A DNA stretch of 64,000 nt from Cryomorphaceae bacterium (GTDB lineage: Bacteria > Bacteroidota > Bacteroidia > Flavobacteriales > UBA7312): contig JBELHW010000004.1 in the NCBI GenBank assembly GCA_042091225.1, forward strand, positions 4,479 to 68,478, in the 5' to 3' direction. Position 1 is the stretch's first letter. Each line of letters opens with the position of its first letter. This document shows, piece after piece, positions 39,572 to 49,280 of the stretch. The notes under the pieces were generated by a model that made no database searches, was not told where the DNA came from, and saw nothing but the letters and a program-made list of their open reading frames with translations. The translations under genes and the position numbers were made by a program.

Positions 39572-40468
39572 TTACCACAAATCTTTAGGATATACTCCAT
39601 TTTCTATTTGTTCGTGAATAGCCTCTACAGCCATGGGCTTATCTTCTTTATAAGTTACCCCAAACCAATTGTCATTTGTTGGTATAACCTCAACTGCCAT
39701 TTGACCACTCTCAATAAGATCGGTAACAACAGTAGGGATATAATATTCTGCTTTCGGATCTGTACTATTTTCTCTAATAAAAGAATGTAAGCCTTTTTCG
39801 ATATGAGAAAAAATAGATGGATGAAAGCCCCAATAATTCATAGAAACATTAGCGTTTCCATTAAGTTCTGTTGCTTTTAAATCCTTGTCTACATCGAAAC
39901 AAACCTTATCTCCTACTCTAGCAATTTTAGTTCTTTCTATCACCTCCACTAGTTCGTTGTTTTGATTTAACTGACATACTCCTCTATTTACAGTGCCATG
40001 ATCGGAAAGAGTGTTACTCAAGGTATAGCCTATCATAGACATTTTAGAAGGACTACATTTATTTACCAAAAAATCGTACATTAATTTAAAAGATCCTGCA
40101 CCATAATAATCATCGGCATTTATAACCGCAAATGGCTCATCAATAACGTCTTTAGCAACTAATACGGCATGTGAGGTTCCCCAAGGTTTTTGCCTTTGCA
40201 CTAAATCGACTCCTTCTAATTGATATTGAACAGGCTGAAAGGCGTATTCTATATCTATTCTTTCTTTGAAGCCGTCGAATCTTTCTTTAAAAGCTGCTTC
40301 AAATTCTGTGCGAATTACGAAAACAATTTTTCCAAAACCAGACTGAATAGCATCATAAATAGAATACTCTATAATTGGTTCTTGATTTGGACCTATTCCG
40401 TCAATCTGCTTAAGCCCTCCATAACGACTACCCATTCCTGCTGCTAAAATTAAAAGTGTTGGTTTCAT
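39572..40468 (-). CDS. sugar-phosphate nucleotidyltransferase-fold protein
   Basis: LILAAGMGSRYGGLKQ (GxGxR NTP-binding loop), PWGTSHAV, INADDYYG. Confidence 0.7.
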   Translation of the reverse strand: MKPTLLILAAGMGSRYGGLKQIDGIGPNQEPIIEYSIYDAIQSGFGKIVFVIRTEFEAAFKERFDGFKERIDIEYAFQPVQYQLEGVDLVQRQKPWGTSHAVLVAKDVIDEPFAVINADDYYGAGSFKLMYDFLVNKCSPSKMSMIGYTLSNTLSDHGTVNRGVCQLNQNNELVEVIERTKIARVGDKVCFDVDKDLKATELNGNANVSMNYWGFHPSIFSHIEKGLHSFIRENSTDPKAEYYIPTVVTDLIESGQMAVEVIPTNDNWFGVTYKEDKPMAVEAIHEQIENGVYPKDLW

Positions 40469-40496
40469 AAATTTTGTTTTTGAAATGCGAAATTAA

Positions 40497-42362
40497 TTAA
40501 AATTCGACGATAATAGATTGGATCTCTATCCTTCTTTCTGAAGCCGCATTTATACTATAAACCGACAAACGTCGATTGTTAGGATTGTCACTAACCTCTC
40601 TGGCTGATTTACTCTCTCCCATTGGTAGTTCGTTAATTTTTATTCTACCCTCATTAATGTAAGGAAGTAAAATTCCATTTTTAAACTCGGTTAAATAATT
40701 GAATACTGAAGATATTCTTCTCTTCGATATATTTTTATTGTATTGATTGTTGGTCAGTGGACTGGCAAATCCGATCAGATTTAGCTCAATAACTGCTTCG
40801 AGCTCCATCGCTTTAACTAATTGGTTAGCAAAAAGATTGAGTTGATTAAATCCTAAGCTTACTTTTTGATCGAAAAAACTTTTCATTTTTCGCTCCGATT
40901 GACTTTTTAAATTTCCGTTTAATGGAGCCGAGAATATTTGTACATATAGATTTTTCAAGTCATAAAAAGAATTGAAAGCATCTCCATAGCTAAGCGTGGT
41001 TGTGGTATCTAAACTTTTAGGGTTTGGTTCGTCATTATGGAAATATAACTGTAGTGGAAGTAATAATTGCATTTCTTGCACTAAGCTATCTTGTTGTTCG
41101 CAAATACAATAATCGCTTTTCTTGAATTGATAAATATCATTACAGCAACTTTCGTTTTCTATATATAGAGAGCCTATTCTGTTGGAAGAAAAATAACCAG
41201 AAAGAGGATCATTCAAATAAGAAATATAATACAAGTCGTTATGGCTACTATTAAGCGGAATACCTACATTTTTAGTTTGACTCCATTTGTTATCCCATTG
41301 ATTTTCAAAAATATCGTAACCCCCAATAGTTGGATGAAAATTAGAACTGAAATATAATTTTTTCTCTAAAGAATGATAAAAAGGAGTTACCTCATTGCCT
41401 AATGTATTTATAGCACTGCCAAGGTTATAGGCTTGTTGATCCATAGAAATAAACCAAATATCTAATTCTCCAAATCCTCCTTCTCGATCAGAACTAATAA
41501 ATAAGCCTTCTTTATCATCCCACAAAGCCCACTGAGGGTGGGTATTATTTGTCTGAACAGGATTAAAAGCCGAACCCATAAGTGTCGGGATACTCCAGAT
41601 ACCATTATTTAGAAATGCTGTATAAATTTGACATTTAATTGCATTATCTTCTGTTTTACATTTAGTAAAAAATAATTGAGTTTGATCAGGGTTAAAAGAG
41701 ATGTTACCAACATGAAAATCATCACTGTTTAATAACTTAAGCTCCTGAATTTTGTTGGTCTTTGTAGCAGTGTATATTTTAGAATGATGGCCCAAATACT
41801 CTTCGGTGTTTCTTCCATCTGACTTTACTAAAGAGGAAAAATATAAAATGGAATCTGAGGGAAAAGGTCCAAAATCAGACTCTTTTGAATTTATTGGCTG
41901 TTCTAAGGAGTTAATCTCTACATCTTGAGGGCTTAATAATTTTGCTAACTCAGCACCTTTTAACTCTACAAGAGCTCTTTGATACCAAACGTCATCAATG
42001 TTGTTATAGCTAAAAATAAAATCTCTTAAATGCTGGGAAGCATTAGAGTAGTCTTCTAAACTTTTATAGTTTAACCCCAGCCAAAATAAGGCTAAAGGAT
42101 TGTTAAGGCCCTGATCGGCATCCCATACTTTCTGATAAAAATGAATGCTCTTTTTATGTTGGTTTGTTTTGGTATAGCTACGAGCTAAAGGATACCATAA
42201 TTTAGAGTCTGTACTATCAGAATCAACGGCCATCTCTAAAAAATAAACTGCATTATAATAGTCTTGATTCTGAAAATAATATAAGCCTTCTTGCTTAAGG
42301 TCAGTCTGACTAAAAAGCAAATGAGGCATTAAAAAAAGTAGTGAAATAATTATATTTTTCAT
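40497..42362 (-). CDS. PorE-like protein: TPR repeats, TolB/PD40-type beta-propeller and OmpA-like C-terminal peptidoglycan-binding domain
   Basis: Signal peptide MKNIIISLLFLMPHLLFSQ and TPR-like repeats. PD40-like repeats: FISSDREGGFGELDIW, YFSSNFHPTIGGYDIF, YFSSNRIG. OmpA-like end: GFASPLTNNQYNKNISKRRISSV followed by ERRIEI. The ATG at 42360-42362 forms an ATGA overlap with the porP/sprF stop. Confidence 0.7.
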   Translation of the reverse strand: MKNIIISLLFLMPHLLFSQTDLKQEGLYYFQNQDYYNAVYFLEMAVDSDSTDSKLWYPLARSYTKTNQHKKSIHFYQKVWDADQGLNNPLALFWLGLNYKSLEDYSNASQHLRDFIFSYNNIDDVWYQRALVELKGAELAKLLSPQDVEINSLEQPINSKESDFGPFPSDSILYFSSLVKSDGRNTEEYLGHHSKIYTATKTNKIQELKLLNSDDFHVGNISFNPDQTQLFFTKCKTEDNAIKCQIYTAFLNNGIWSIPTLMGSAFNPVQTNNTHPQWALWDDKEGLFISSDREGGFGELDIWFISMDQQAYNLGSAINTLGNEVTPFYHSLEKKLYFSSNFHPTIGGYDIFENQWDNKWSQTKNVGIPLNSSHNDLYYISYLNDPLSGYFSSNRIGSLYIENESCCNDIYQFKKSDYCICEQQDSLVQEMQLLLPLQLYFHNDEPNPKSLDTTTTLSYGDAFNSFYDLKNLYVQIFSAPLNGNLKSQSERKMKSFFDQKVSLGFNQLNLFANQLVKAMELEAVIELNLIGFASPLTNNQYNKNISKRRISSVFNYLTEFKNGILLPYINEGRIKINELPMGESKSAREVSDNPNNRRLSVYSINAASERRIEIQSIIVEF

Positions 42363-43285
42363 AAAAAAGATGGACACGCTTGAAGGTTAGGTCTTAAGAT
42401 TGTACTATGCTTAATATAATGAATAAATGAAATTTCCCAGGCACCGTAGTTGTTAGTAGCCGAAGAAAAATCGGATACATTTAAATCTATATTTAAGCCT
42501 ACAAATGTTTGGTTAATTTTTGTTCCTAGGGCAAAAATTATGGCGTCTCCAACTCTATGGTTTGCCGAACCGAAAAGAATAACATCTTGGTTTTGATTAT
42601 TGATGTCGTAGCTTATTTCTGCTCCAACAATAAGTTCTTTTTGTTTTTGTTGCGAGCTAAAAAAAACAGAGGGACTTAAATTAACTTCATTAGTTAAATC
42701 GAGTTTAAGAACAGAAAAAAAATGGTGTTTTAAGGATAAAATATCTTCTTGATTTAAAAAAGAACGATTGGGAGAATTTATATGAAAAATAGAATAGCCA
42801 ACTTGTAACTCTTTATAATTGTCAATTTCTATTTTTCTGTGTATACCTAAGCCTGTATCAAAATATGATTTCGATAAAGAAACAATTGGTTCGTTAGGAT
42901 TCAAAAACGTCAGCTCCGAGTAGTCGATTTTACGTTGTGCAAAACCCATTAGAAAGCCCAACCTCCATTTCGATATTAGCCTAGAGTACTGTAGGTTTAG
43001 CTGACTAAGAGACAAGCGAGAACTACCTGACTGATCAAAAATAATTTGACCACCTAATCCATTTTTACCAAAAGGTGCATCAAGGCTTAAAGAGTTTGTA
43101 CTAAAAGGTATAGTTACACTAGCCCACTGCTCTCTTTTTTGAGCGGTGATTCGCAATTTTTCACTAATTGACCCTGTAAAAGAAGGAGAAATAAAAATCG
43201 GATTTTTAGTCCATTGACTGTAATGCACATCTTGGGCTAACAGATTAGTAGAAAACAAAAAAAATATAAGCACAAAATACCTCAT
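42359..43285 (-). CDS. PorP/SprF-family type IX secretion system membrane protein
   Basis: Signal peptide followed by AQDVHYSQWTKNPIFISPSFTG, the family N-terminal signature. ~300-aa beta-barrel-like protein. ATGA overlap with the upstream cargo gene. Confidence 0.8.
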   Translation of the reverse strand: MRYFVLIFFLFSTNLLAQDVHYSQWTKNPIFISPSFTGSISEKLRITAQKREQWASVTIPFSTNSLSLDAPFGKNGLGGQIIFDQSGSSRLSLSQLNLQYSRLISKWRLGFLMGFAQRKIDYSELTFLNPNEPIVSLSKSYFDTGLGIHRKIEIDNYKELQVGYSIFHINSPNRSFLNQEDILSLKHHFFSVLKLDLTNEVNLSPSVFFSSQQKQKELIVGAEISYDINNQNQDVILFGSANHRVGDAIIFALGTKINQTFVGLNIDLNVSDFSSATNNYGAWEISFIHYIKHSTILRPNLQACPSFL

Positions 43286-46200
43286 CTGATCAGTGTTATA
43301 TTTCCTTTAGAGTCAAATTTTTGATTTCCGAAGGTACATTGTGCTTCCAAGTAATAATCGAATACTGCAGATGCTTGTTTCTTGCCCTTAAAAAATCCAT
43401 CCCACTTTTGATCAATCTGGGTAATATGAAAAACTTTCTGGCCTAATCTGTTGTAAATCATTATATCAATCTCTGCAATTAGAAGTTGAGGATCGTTAAT
43501 TTCAAAATAATCGTTAATTAAATCTCCGTTTGGACTAAAAGCATTAGGTATTTCTATTTTGTCGGAACTACAACAATCATCTTCAATTTTTGCAGTTACC
43601 TCACCTATTCTAGTACATCCGTTTGCTGTAGCTTGAACATAATAATCTCCTGGTGCATTAATTAAAAATGAGTCTGTTATTTCGCTAGTTACAAAAGAAG
43701 GATTTGAAGACCATACTAAATCTGTGTTATCCAAAGAACTTGCAATTAAAAAAGTCTCATTACTACAATATTCTACTAAGGGACTGTAACTCAAATCGAC
43801 ATCAGATACATTTACCGTTTGTATAACCGTGTCGTTGCAATTGTATGCGGTACCTAATCGAATATAAGTAATAGTGTCTAAGGGAAATGCTATCGCATTT
43901 GCAAGGTTTGGATCTTGAATATATGTAGAGGGAATCCAACTATAATTAAACTCATCTAAGGAGGGAGCATTTAAAGATATACTATCTCCTACACAAATAT
44001 TCTGTGTATCTAACAATAAAAAAATATCTTCTCTTAGGCTAATTTCTATAGTTGCAGTATCAGAAATATTACAAGAAAGTGAGTCGGTAACAATTAAAGA
44101 AACTATATAGGCTCCTAAGTCCGAGTAATTGTGAATTGGCTGCTGCTCTTGACTAGTTTGTTGGTCTCCAAAATTCCAAAAAGAAGAAAAAATATTTTCA
44201 CTTTCACTCTGATTAATAAAGGTTATTTGGTTAGAACAACTTACGGCTGGAGCATTAAAAGCAGCACTAATATCTCCTTCTACTATTATATTTTGCACTA
44301 AAGTATCACTGCAGCTTTCAAATGTTCCTACAAGATAATATGTAATTTCTCCCGATCCATCAGGGAAAAAAGTAGTAGAAGCCGAATTAGGATCTAACAA
44401 ATTTTGATTAGGATACCATTGGTATTCAAAACCTGGAATTGGCACACCGGAAATAAGAATATTATCCTGATCACATAAAAAGATATCATCGGATTGTTGA
44501 TATAAGTTAAACCTTACCTCTACTGGTTTTGTTATACTATCGATAAGATTACAAGAGATAGGATCAGAAGAATATAAGGTAACATTAAAAACTCCTTCAC
44601 TTTGAAATTCGTGAGTTGGATTAAATTCTTCGGATGTTTCTCCATCGCCAAAATCCCAAAAATAGGTATTATTATTACCTAAGCTCAAATTTTCAAACGT
44701 TACATTAGGATCGCAAGTAAAAGGAATGACTTCAAAATTTGCTGTTGTTAAAGGAAATTCTGGATCAAATTTAAAAACCGCATTATTGCAATTAGTAGAG
44801 TTATTTTGACTAGAGTAAGCATTGGCTGTTGTTGGGAAATCAGAATTACCTCCACAACCAGCACAAACCGATTGATAAACTATTCCTTGCTTGTCAAAAC
44901 GACTAGTTCCTCCATCAACATGTTCGTTTGAAACATTTCCTCCAAAAAATGTTCCGTAAGACATTGTATTTCCGTTATCTTCTAGAATAATTAAATAAAA
45001 ATCAGATCCGTCGGTTGTTGGCTGTATTGCGTCAAAAGTTGTCGATAGGTTAGTTGTGTTTCCACCTGGTCCTCCATTAATAACACTATTTGTATTGCCG
45101 CCCCAACCCGAACAATAAACTCTATTACAAGCATCTACCAAAAAGGCAGTAGGAGAAATATCTATCTGTCCACTCCCTGAACCAAAAACAGTAGAAAAAA
45201 TCAGAAAATCTAAATTAGGGGTAAGTTTTGATATAAATTGCCCACTATTGGGCTCAGAAAAATTAGCGTTTGAAACTAAAGTAAGATTTGGAGCCAAACT
45301 TTGACCAAAAATATAGACATCATCTTCGTTGTCTAATTCAATAAAATAGGCCTGGTCATATTGATCGGAGCCATAATATGTAGAGGAAATAATAGAAGAA
45401 CCATCTTTAGCAAATCTTGAAATAAAAGCATCGGATGGTCCTCCTATAAAATTTTGAGCGTAAGAATTATTAAATGTTTGAAAATCAGTTGAGGTAGTTC
45501 CGCCGCTAACATAAATTTCGTTTTCATTAAAAGATAAAGAGTATATAGCATCATCTGAACTCCCTCCCCAATACGAACTCCACTCAATAGAAGTTAAATC
45601 ATTATCTAGTTTTACAATAACCCCTTCTTGAGCTCCATTGTTATTGGCCTGAATTGCTCCTCCTACAATAGGGAAATCATTAGAGTATGTAGAGGATGCG
45701 ATATAACAATTTCCTTCCTGATCGATATCAATTTCTCCTCTAATTTGATCGGCATAATTATACCTTAAAACTGCTGAGTTGTTAAACCCATCATTATCCG
45801 ATCCTCCTAAAAAAGTAGAAGATAAAAGCTGTGAGCCATCCTCGCTAAACTTAGAAACCACTATGTCACAGCCATTATTATAATTTATTCCGATACCATT
45901 ACCTGCCAAAGGTGGTCCAGAATTAAATGTATTATCGTAGCTATTAGCCGTTGTAGGAAAATCTACGGACCCTGATGTTCCCATCATGTATAATTGACCT
46001 TCAAAAACAATCAGACTGTGTGGAACTTCATCGGAGCTTCCACCCAAATAAGTAGAATAAATCAAACTAGAACCATCTTGACTGTACTTAGTTAGCACGA
46101 TATCTGTTCCAATAACGCCCCCATTATAATTAGTTTGGTAAGCCCCCTCTGTAGTAGGGTAGCCAATACCAAATGTAACGCCACCAGCATACAAAAACCC

Positions 46201-46971
46201 TTGGTCATCGTTGGTAGCTGTAAAACCAAAATTACTTGCAGTAGAACCTGAAAATGTAGAAAAAATCATTAAAGGGTCTATTATTAAATCGTATGATTTG
46301 TCGTAACCATTTGGAAACTGAAAAGAGAGTCGATTTTTTTTAAACTTAAATCGACAAGCTACTTCTACCATTTCTTTATTAATAATTTGATAAGCATATG
46401 GTGCTTGCTCTATTACATGGTTAACAGTCGATTTTATAACTAACCTTCCCTGCTCGTCTAATCGTGCGTTATCAATTCCGTCTAATTGTAGTTTTATATC
46501 AGACGGATCAGCTCCTTTACCGACAATCCAATCGTACTTTAAAGCAGAGCCATAGCCATAAATTTTATAATCTATACCATCGTAAACATTGGAATAGGTT
46601 AGTTCTTCATAGCGTGATACATTTGATGTTTTTGAAGCTTTTAAAAAATAATTGTGGCTACCTTCAAGTTGTTTAGAAAAACTATAATCGGAAATATTTG
46701 CGTCTAAAAAACGCCATTGGTAAGAATGTGCTTTTATTGTATTTATAGGAATGTGTTTATCGTGAGCATCTTTTATTTTTTGGTGATCAACAAAATGGAA
46801 GGTTAATTTATTGTTTTCTAAAAATAATGCTCCTGCTGGCAAATCTACTTTTGCTAAAATATTTTTTTGCCATTGTCCTTTATTTTCTACAAAAAAACTA
46901 GATTTAGACTGAGCGAAACTAACAGTAATTGCCAAAAAAAACACACATAAAAGAAGGAATAAAAAACGCAT
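43282..46971 (-). CDS. T9SS type-B sorting-domain cargo protein with SBBP-type beta-propeller repeats and PKD domains
   Basis: 1229 aa. N-terminus FFVENKGQW. Many YLGGS/FLGGS and FPTT repeat units (SBBP-like). PKD modules FWDFGDGETS and FWNFGDQQTS. C-terminal domain PNAFSPNGDLINDYF, YNRLGQKVF, WDGFFKG. Confidence 0.85.
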   Translation of the reverse strand: MRFLFLLLCVFFLAITVSFAQSKSSFFVENKGQWQKNILAKVDLPAGALFLENNKLTFHFVDHQKIKDAHDKHIPINTIKAHSYQWRFLDANISDYSFSKQLEGSHNYFLKASKTSNVSRYEELTYSNVYDGIDYKIYGYGSALKYDWIVGKGADPSDIKLQLDGIDNARLDEQGRLVIKSTVNHVIEQAPYAYQIINKEMVEVACRFKFKKNRLSFQFPNGYDKSYDLIIDPLMIFSTFSGSTASNFGFTATNDDQGFLYAGGVTFGIGYPTTEGAYQTNYNGGVIGTDIVLTKYSQDGSSLIYSTYLGGSSDEVPHSLIVFEGQLYMMGTSGSVDFPTTANSYDNTFNSGPPLAGNGIGINYNNGCDIVVSKFSEDGSQLLSSTFLGGSDNDGFNNSAVLRYNYADQIRGEIDIDQEGNCYIASSTYSNDFPIVGGAIQANNNGAQEGVIVKLDNDLTSIEWSSYWGGSSDDAIYSLSFNENEIYVSGGTTSTDFQTFNNSYAQNFIGGPSDAFISRFAKDGSSIISSTYYGSDQYDQAYFIELDNEDDVYIFGQSLAPNLTLVSNANFSEPNSGQFISKLTPNLDFLIFSTVFGSGSGQIDISPTAFLVDACNRVYCSGWGGNTNSVINGGPGGNTTNLSTTFDAIQPTTDGSDFYLIILEDNGNTMSYGTFFGGNVSNEHVDGGTSRFDKQGIVYQSVCAGCGGNSDFPTTANAYSSQNNSTNCNNAVFKFDPEFPLTTANFEVIPFTCDPNVTFENLSLGNNNTYFWDFGDGETSEEFNPTHEFQSEGVFNVTLYSSDPISCNLIDSITKPVEVRFNLYQQSDDIFLCDQDNILISGVPIPGFEYQWYPNQNLLDPNSASTTFFPDGSGEITYYLVGTFESCSDTLVQNIIVEGDISAAFNAPAVSCSNQITFINQSESENIFSSFWNFGDQQTSQEQQPIHNYSDLGAYIVSLIVTDSLSCNISDTATIEISLREDIFLLLDTQNICVGDSISLNAPSLDEFNYSWIPSTYIQDPNLANAIAFPLDTITYIRLGTAYNCNDTVIQTVNVSDVDLSYSPLVEYCSNETFLIASSLDNTDLVWSSNPSFVTSEITDSFLINAPGDYYVQATANGCTRIGEVTAKIEDDCCSSDKIEIPNAFSPNGDLINDYFEINDPQLLIAEIDIMIYNRLGQKVFHITQIDQKWDGFFKGKKQASAVFDYYLEAQCTFGNQKFDSKGNITLIR

Positions 46972-46999
46972 AAATTACTTTTAGAGCTAATCTCTTAGA

Positions 47000-48217
47000 T
47001 TATTTCTCTAAAGATATAGAATTTAAAACAGTCATCAAACTGTCTTTTAGTTGAGTAAATTCTTGTTTATTTTTATCTTTAACAGGCTTTCCTGGAGGAA
47101 GATCTTGTTTGTATGGATCAACTTGAACACCGTTTTTCCAAAAACGATAACAAACGTGAGGACCGGTAGCTAAGCCTGTAGAGCCAACAAAGCCAATTAC
47201 GTCTCCCTGTTTCACTTTTACTCCAGGACGAATACCAGACTTTATTTTACTCATGTGTAAATATTGTGTTGTATAAGTGTTGTTGTGTCTAATCTTTACG
47301 TAATTCCCATTATTTCGCTTGAACCTAGCTTCAGTGACAACACCGTTTGCAGTAGACAATATTTTAGTTCCTTTTGGAGCAGCATAATCCGTTCCTAAAT
47401 GTGGTTTTATTCTTCCTGTAACAGGATGTCTTCTTCTTTTGCTGTAGCTAGAGCTTATTCTTGAGAAATTTAAAGGTGCTCTTAAAAATGCTTTTCTTAG
47501 AGTACCTCCTTTTTCATCAAAGTAATCGCCAAAATTTTCATCTTCTTCAAAATAAAATGCAAAATGATCTTCCTTACTGTGATTAAAATTAGCCGCTATA
47601 ACTTTACCAATTCCTATTAATTCGTTATCGACATACTTTTCTTCAAATACTAAATGAAAATAATCTCCTTTTTGTATTCTGAAAAAGTCAATTGTCCAAG
47701 CATAAATATTAGATGATAACTCGTGTACCAAATTATAATTCATGTTTTTTTCGGTTAAAGCGTCAGACAAAGAAGTTTTAATTACACCACTAGCTTTTCT
47801 GATTTTTATTTCAACTTCTTTTTTCCCTCGATAAACATTTATTGAATCGCCAATATCAAAAACAACATATTCTACAGCCGAGATATCGTAAATAAAATAT
47901 CTTGCCTTCGCCACAGAATCTTGATTACACAAAACAGTATAATTCTTGTTTACTCTTGCTGACCTTAAATTAAAAACATCTTTTGATGCTTGTACAATTT
48001 TATTTATCTCAGGATGATCCACATGATGGAAATATAAAATCTCTCCTAGAGTTTGATTTTTCTTTATTTTTCCTTTGACAACGTTAAGAGAGTCCACACA
48101 AATTTCGTATTCAAACTTACTTTCATTAATTGTTTCCGACTGTTGGCTGATAGGCTGACAAGCAATTAAGGTTAAAATTAGAAATACATAAATACTATTC
48201 TCTCTCAGTAGAGCCAT
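47000..48217 (-). CDS. M23-family peptidoglycan metalloendopeptidase (probable lipoprotein)
   Basis: HLGTDYAAPKGTKI (HxxxD), and VGSTGLATGPHVCYRF where HxH is expected. The ATG at 48215-48217 gives MALLRENSIYVFLILTLIAC, a lipobox-like LIAC, and avoids a 31-nt overlap with kynA. Confidence 0.85.
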   Translation of the reverse strand: MALLRENSIYVFLILTLIACQPISQQSETINESKFEYEICVDSLNVVKGKIKKNQTLGEILYFHHVDHPEINKIVQASKDVFNLRSARVNKNYTVLCNQDSVAKARYFIYDISAVEYVVFDIGDSINVYRGKKEVEIKIRKASGVIKTSLSDALTEKNMNYNLVHELSSNIYAWTIDFFRIQKGDYFHLVFEEKYVDNELIGIGKVIAANFNHSKEDHFAFYFEEDENFGDYFDEKGGTLRKAFLRAPLNFSRISSSYSKRRRHPVTGRIKPHLGTDYAAPKGTKILSTANGVVTEARFKRNNGNYVKIRHNNTYTTQYLHMSKIKSGIRPGVKVKQGDVIGFVGSTGLATGPHVCYRFWKNGVQVDPYKQDLPPGKPVKDKNKQEFTQLKDSLMTVLNSISLEK

Positions 48218-48240
48218 CTTAATACAAAAATTTTGTGTTT

Positions 48241-49236
48241 TTAATCTTCTTTTAATGCTTTTAAAACCCATTGTCTGCCCCAGTTTTCTTTTTCTTCAGA
48301 GCTCCATAGGTTTGGAAAAAATATTCTTTTTTGAAAACGTGGCGGTAAATATTTCTGCCAATTCGTTCCTCCAGTCGCTTCTATATCTTGTTCTTTTGAG
48401 GACAAATATCTTACTGCCGATTTATAATGTACAAGAGGCCAATTAACATTTACATTTAAATCTAGCAACCTTAGCTGCTCAATGAGTTGTGGATTTTTCT
48501 GATCTATTGATTTTAAGCTAAGGAATTTAGATAAAATGTTTTTTTCTTTAAACTCTGTTGCCTTTTCAATAAAAAATGAAAAATATTTTTTCTCAAAGTT
48601 CTGAAGCATTAAAGTTTTACTTTTTGTTTTTAAATCAATCGCTCCTTCCTTCCAATAAACATGCTCAATCTGTTCTTCAATGGTAGAATTAATTAAAGAA
48701 TCTCTAAAATTTTTATTGGTTAAGTTTATTAACTGAGTACAAGCTAACTCTATTTCTCGATATTGGGCAGATTGAAAACCACTAGCCGGAAGTAGTGACA
48801 TTCTAAACTTTAGAAACTGATCTTTTTCCATTCCATTAACCATAATAGAAAAAGATTTAGTTAGGGCTTCAAAATAATTATTTATCCGTTTTAACCTTTC
48901 TGTAAAAAATTCAACATTTAAAGATTTATTCCATCCAGCGTCTTGGCCAGAAGGACTTATTTTTTTCCCATTATTAGCTATCTGTTTTAATTCATTTAAG
49001 CTAAGCTTAAAATATAGCTCGGTAATTTGATGGTATATGATAAAAATTTCTTCGTCAGGAAAGTCAGTTTTAGGCTGTTGGATATTCAACAAAACATCCA
49101 AATTAATATAATCCCAATAGTTTAAGGGATTGGCGTATAACAATCCGTCTAAATAAGATGGTAAGTCTTGGCCAATAGAAGCATATTTTTTTTCAAGTTC
49201 TTTAATCTTGTTTGTAAAATTATTAGTTTGGCTCAT
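48241..49236 (-). CDS. kynA: tryptophan 2,3-dioxygenase
   Basis: NYWDYINLDVLLNIQQP, FIIYHQITELYFKL, SGFQSAQYREIE. Confidence 0.85.
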   Translation of the reverse strand: MSQTNNFTNKIKELEKKYASIGQDLPSYLDGLLYANPLNYWDYINLDVLLNIQQPKTDFPDEEIFIIYHQITELYFKLSLNELKQIANNGKKISPSGQDAGWNKSLNVEFFTERLKRINNYFEALTKSFSIMVNGMEKDQFLKFRMSLLPASGFQSAQYREIELACTQLINLTNKNFRDSLINSTIEEQIEHVYWKEGAIDLKTKSKTLMLQNFEKKYFSFFIEKATEFKEKNILSKFLSLKSIDQKNPQLIEQLRLLDLNVNVNWPLVHYKSAVRYLSSKEQDIEATGGTNWQKYLPPRFQKRIFFPNLWSSEEKENWGRQWVLKALKED

Positions 49237-49280
49237 ATTTCAAAAAAACTAGGGGCAAATTAAACAAATATTGCCAGTAT

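Noticed and set aside
48218-48271. The upstream ATG at 48271 for the M23 peptidase (31-nt overlap with kynA)
   Set aside because: The ATG at 48217 yields a typical lipoprotein signal peptide and removes the overlap. The extra 18 residues (MGFKSIKRRLKTQNFCIK) look non-native.
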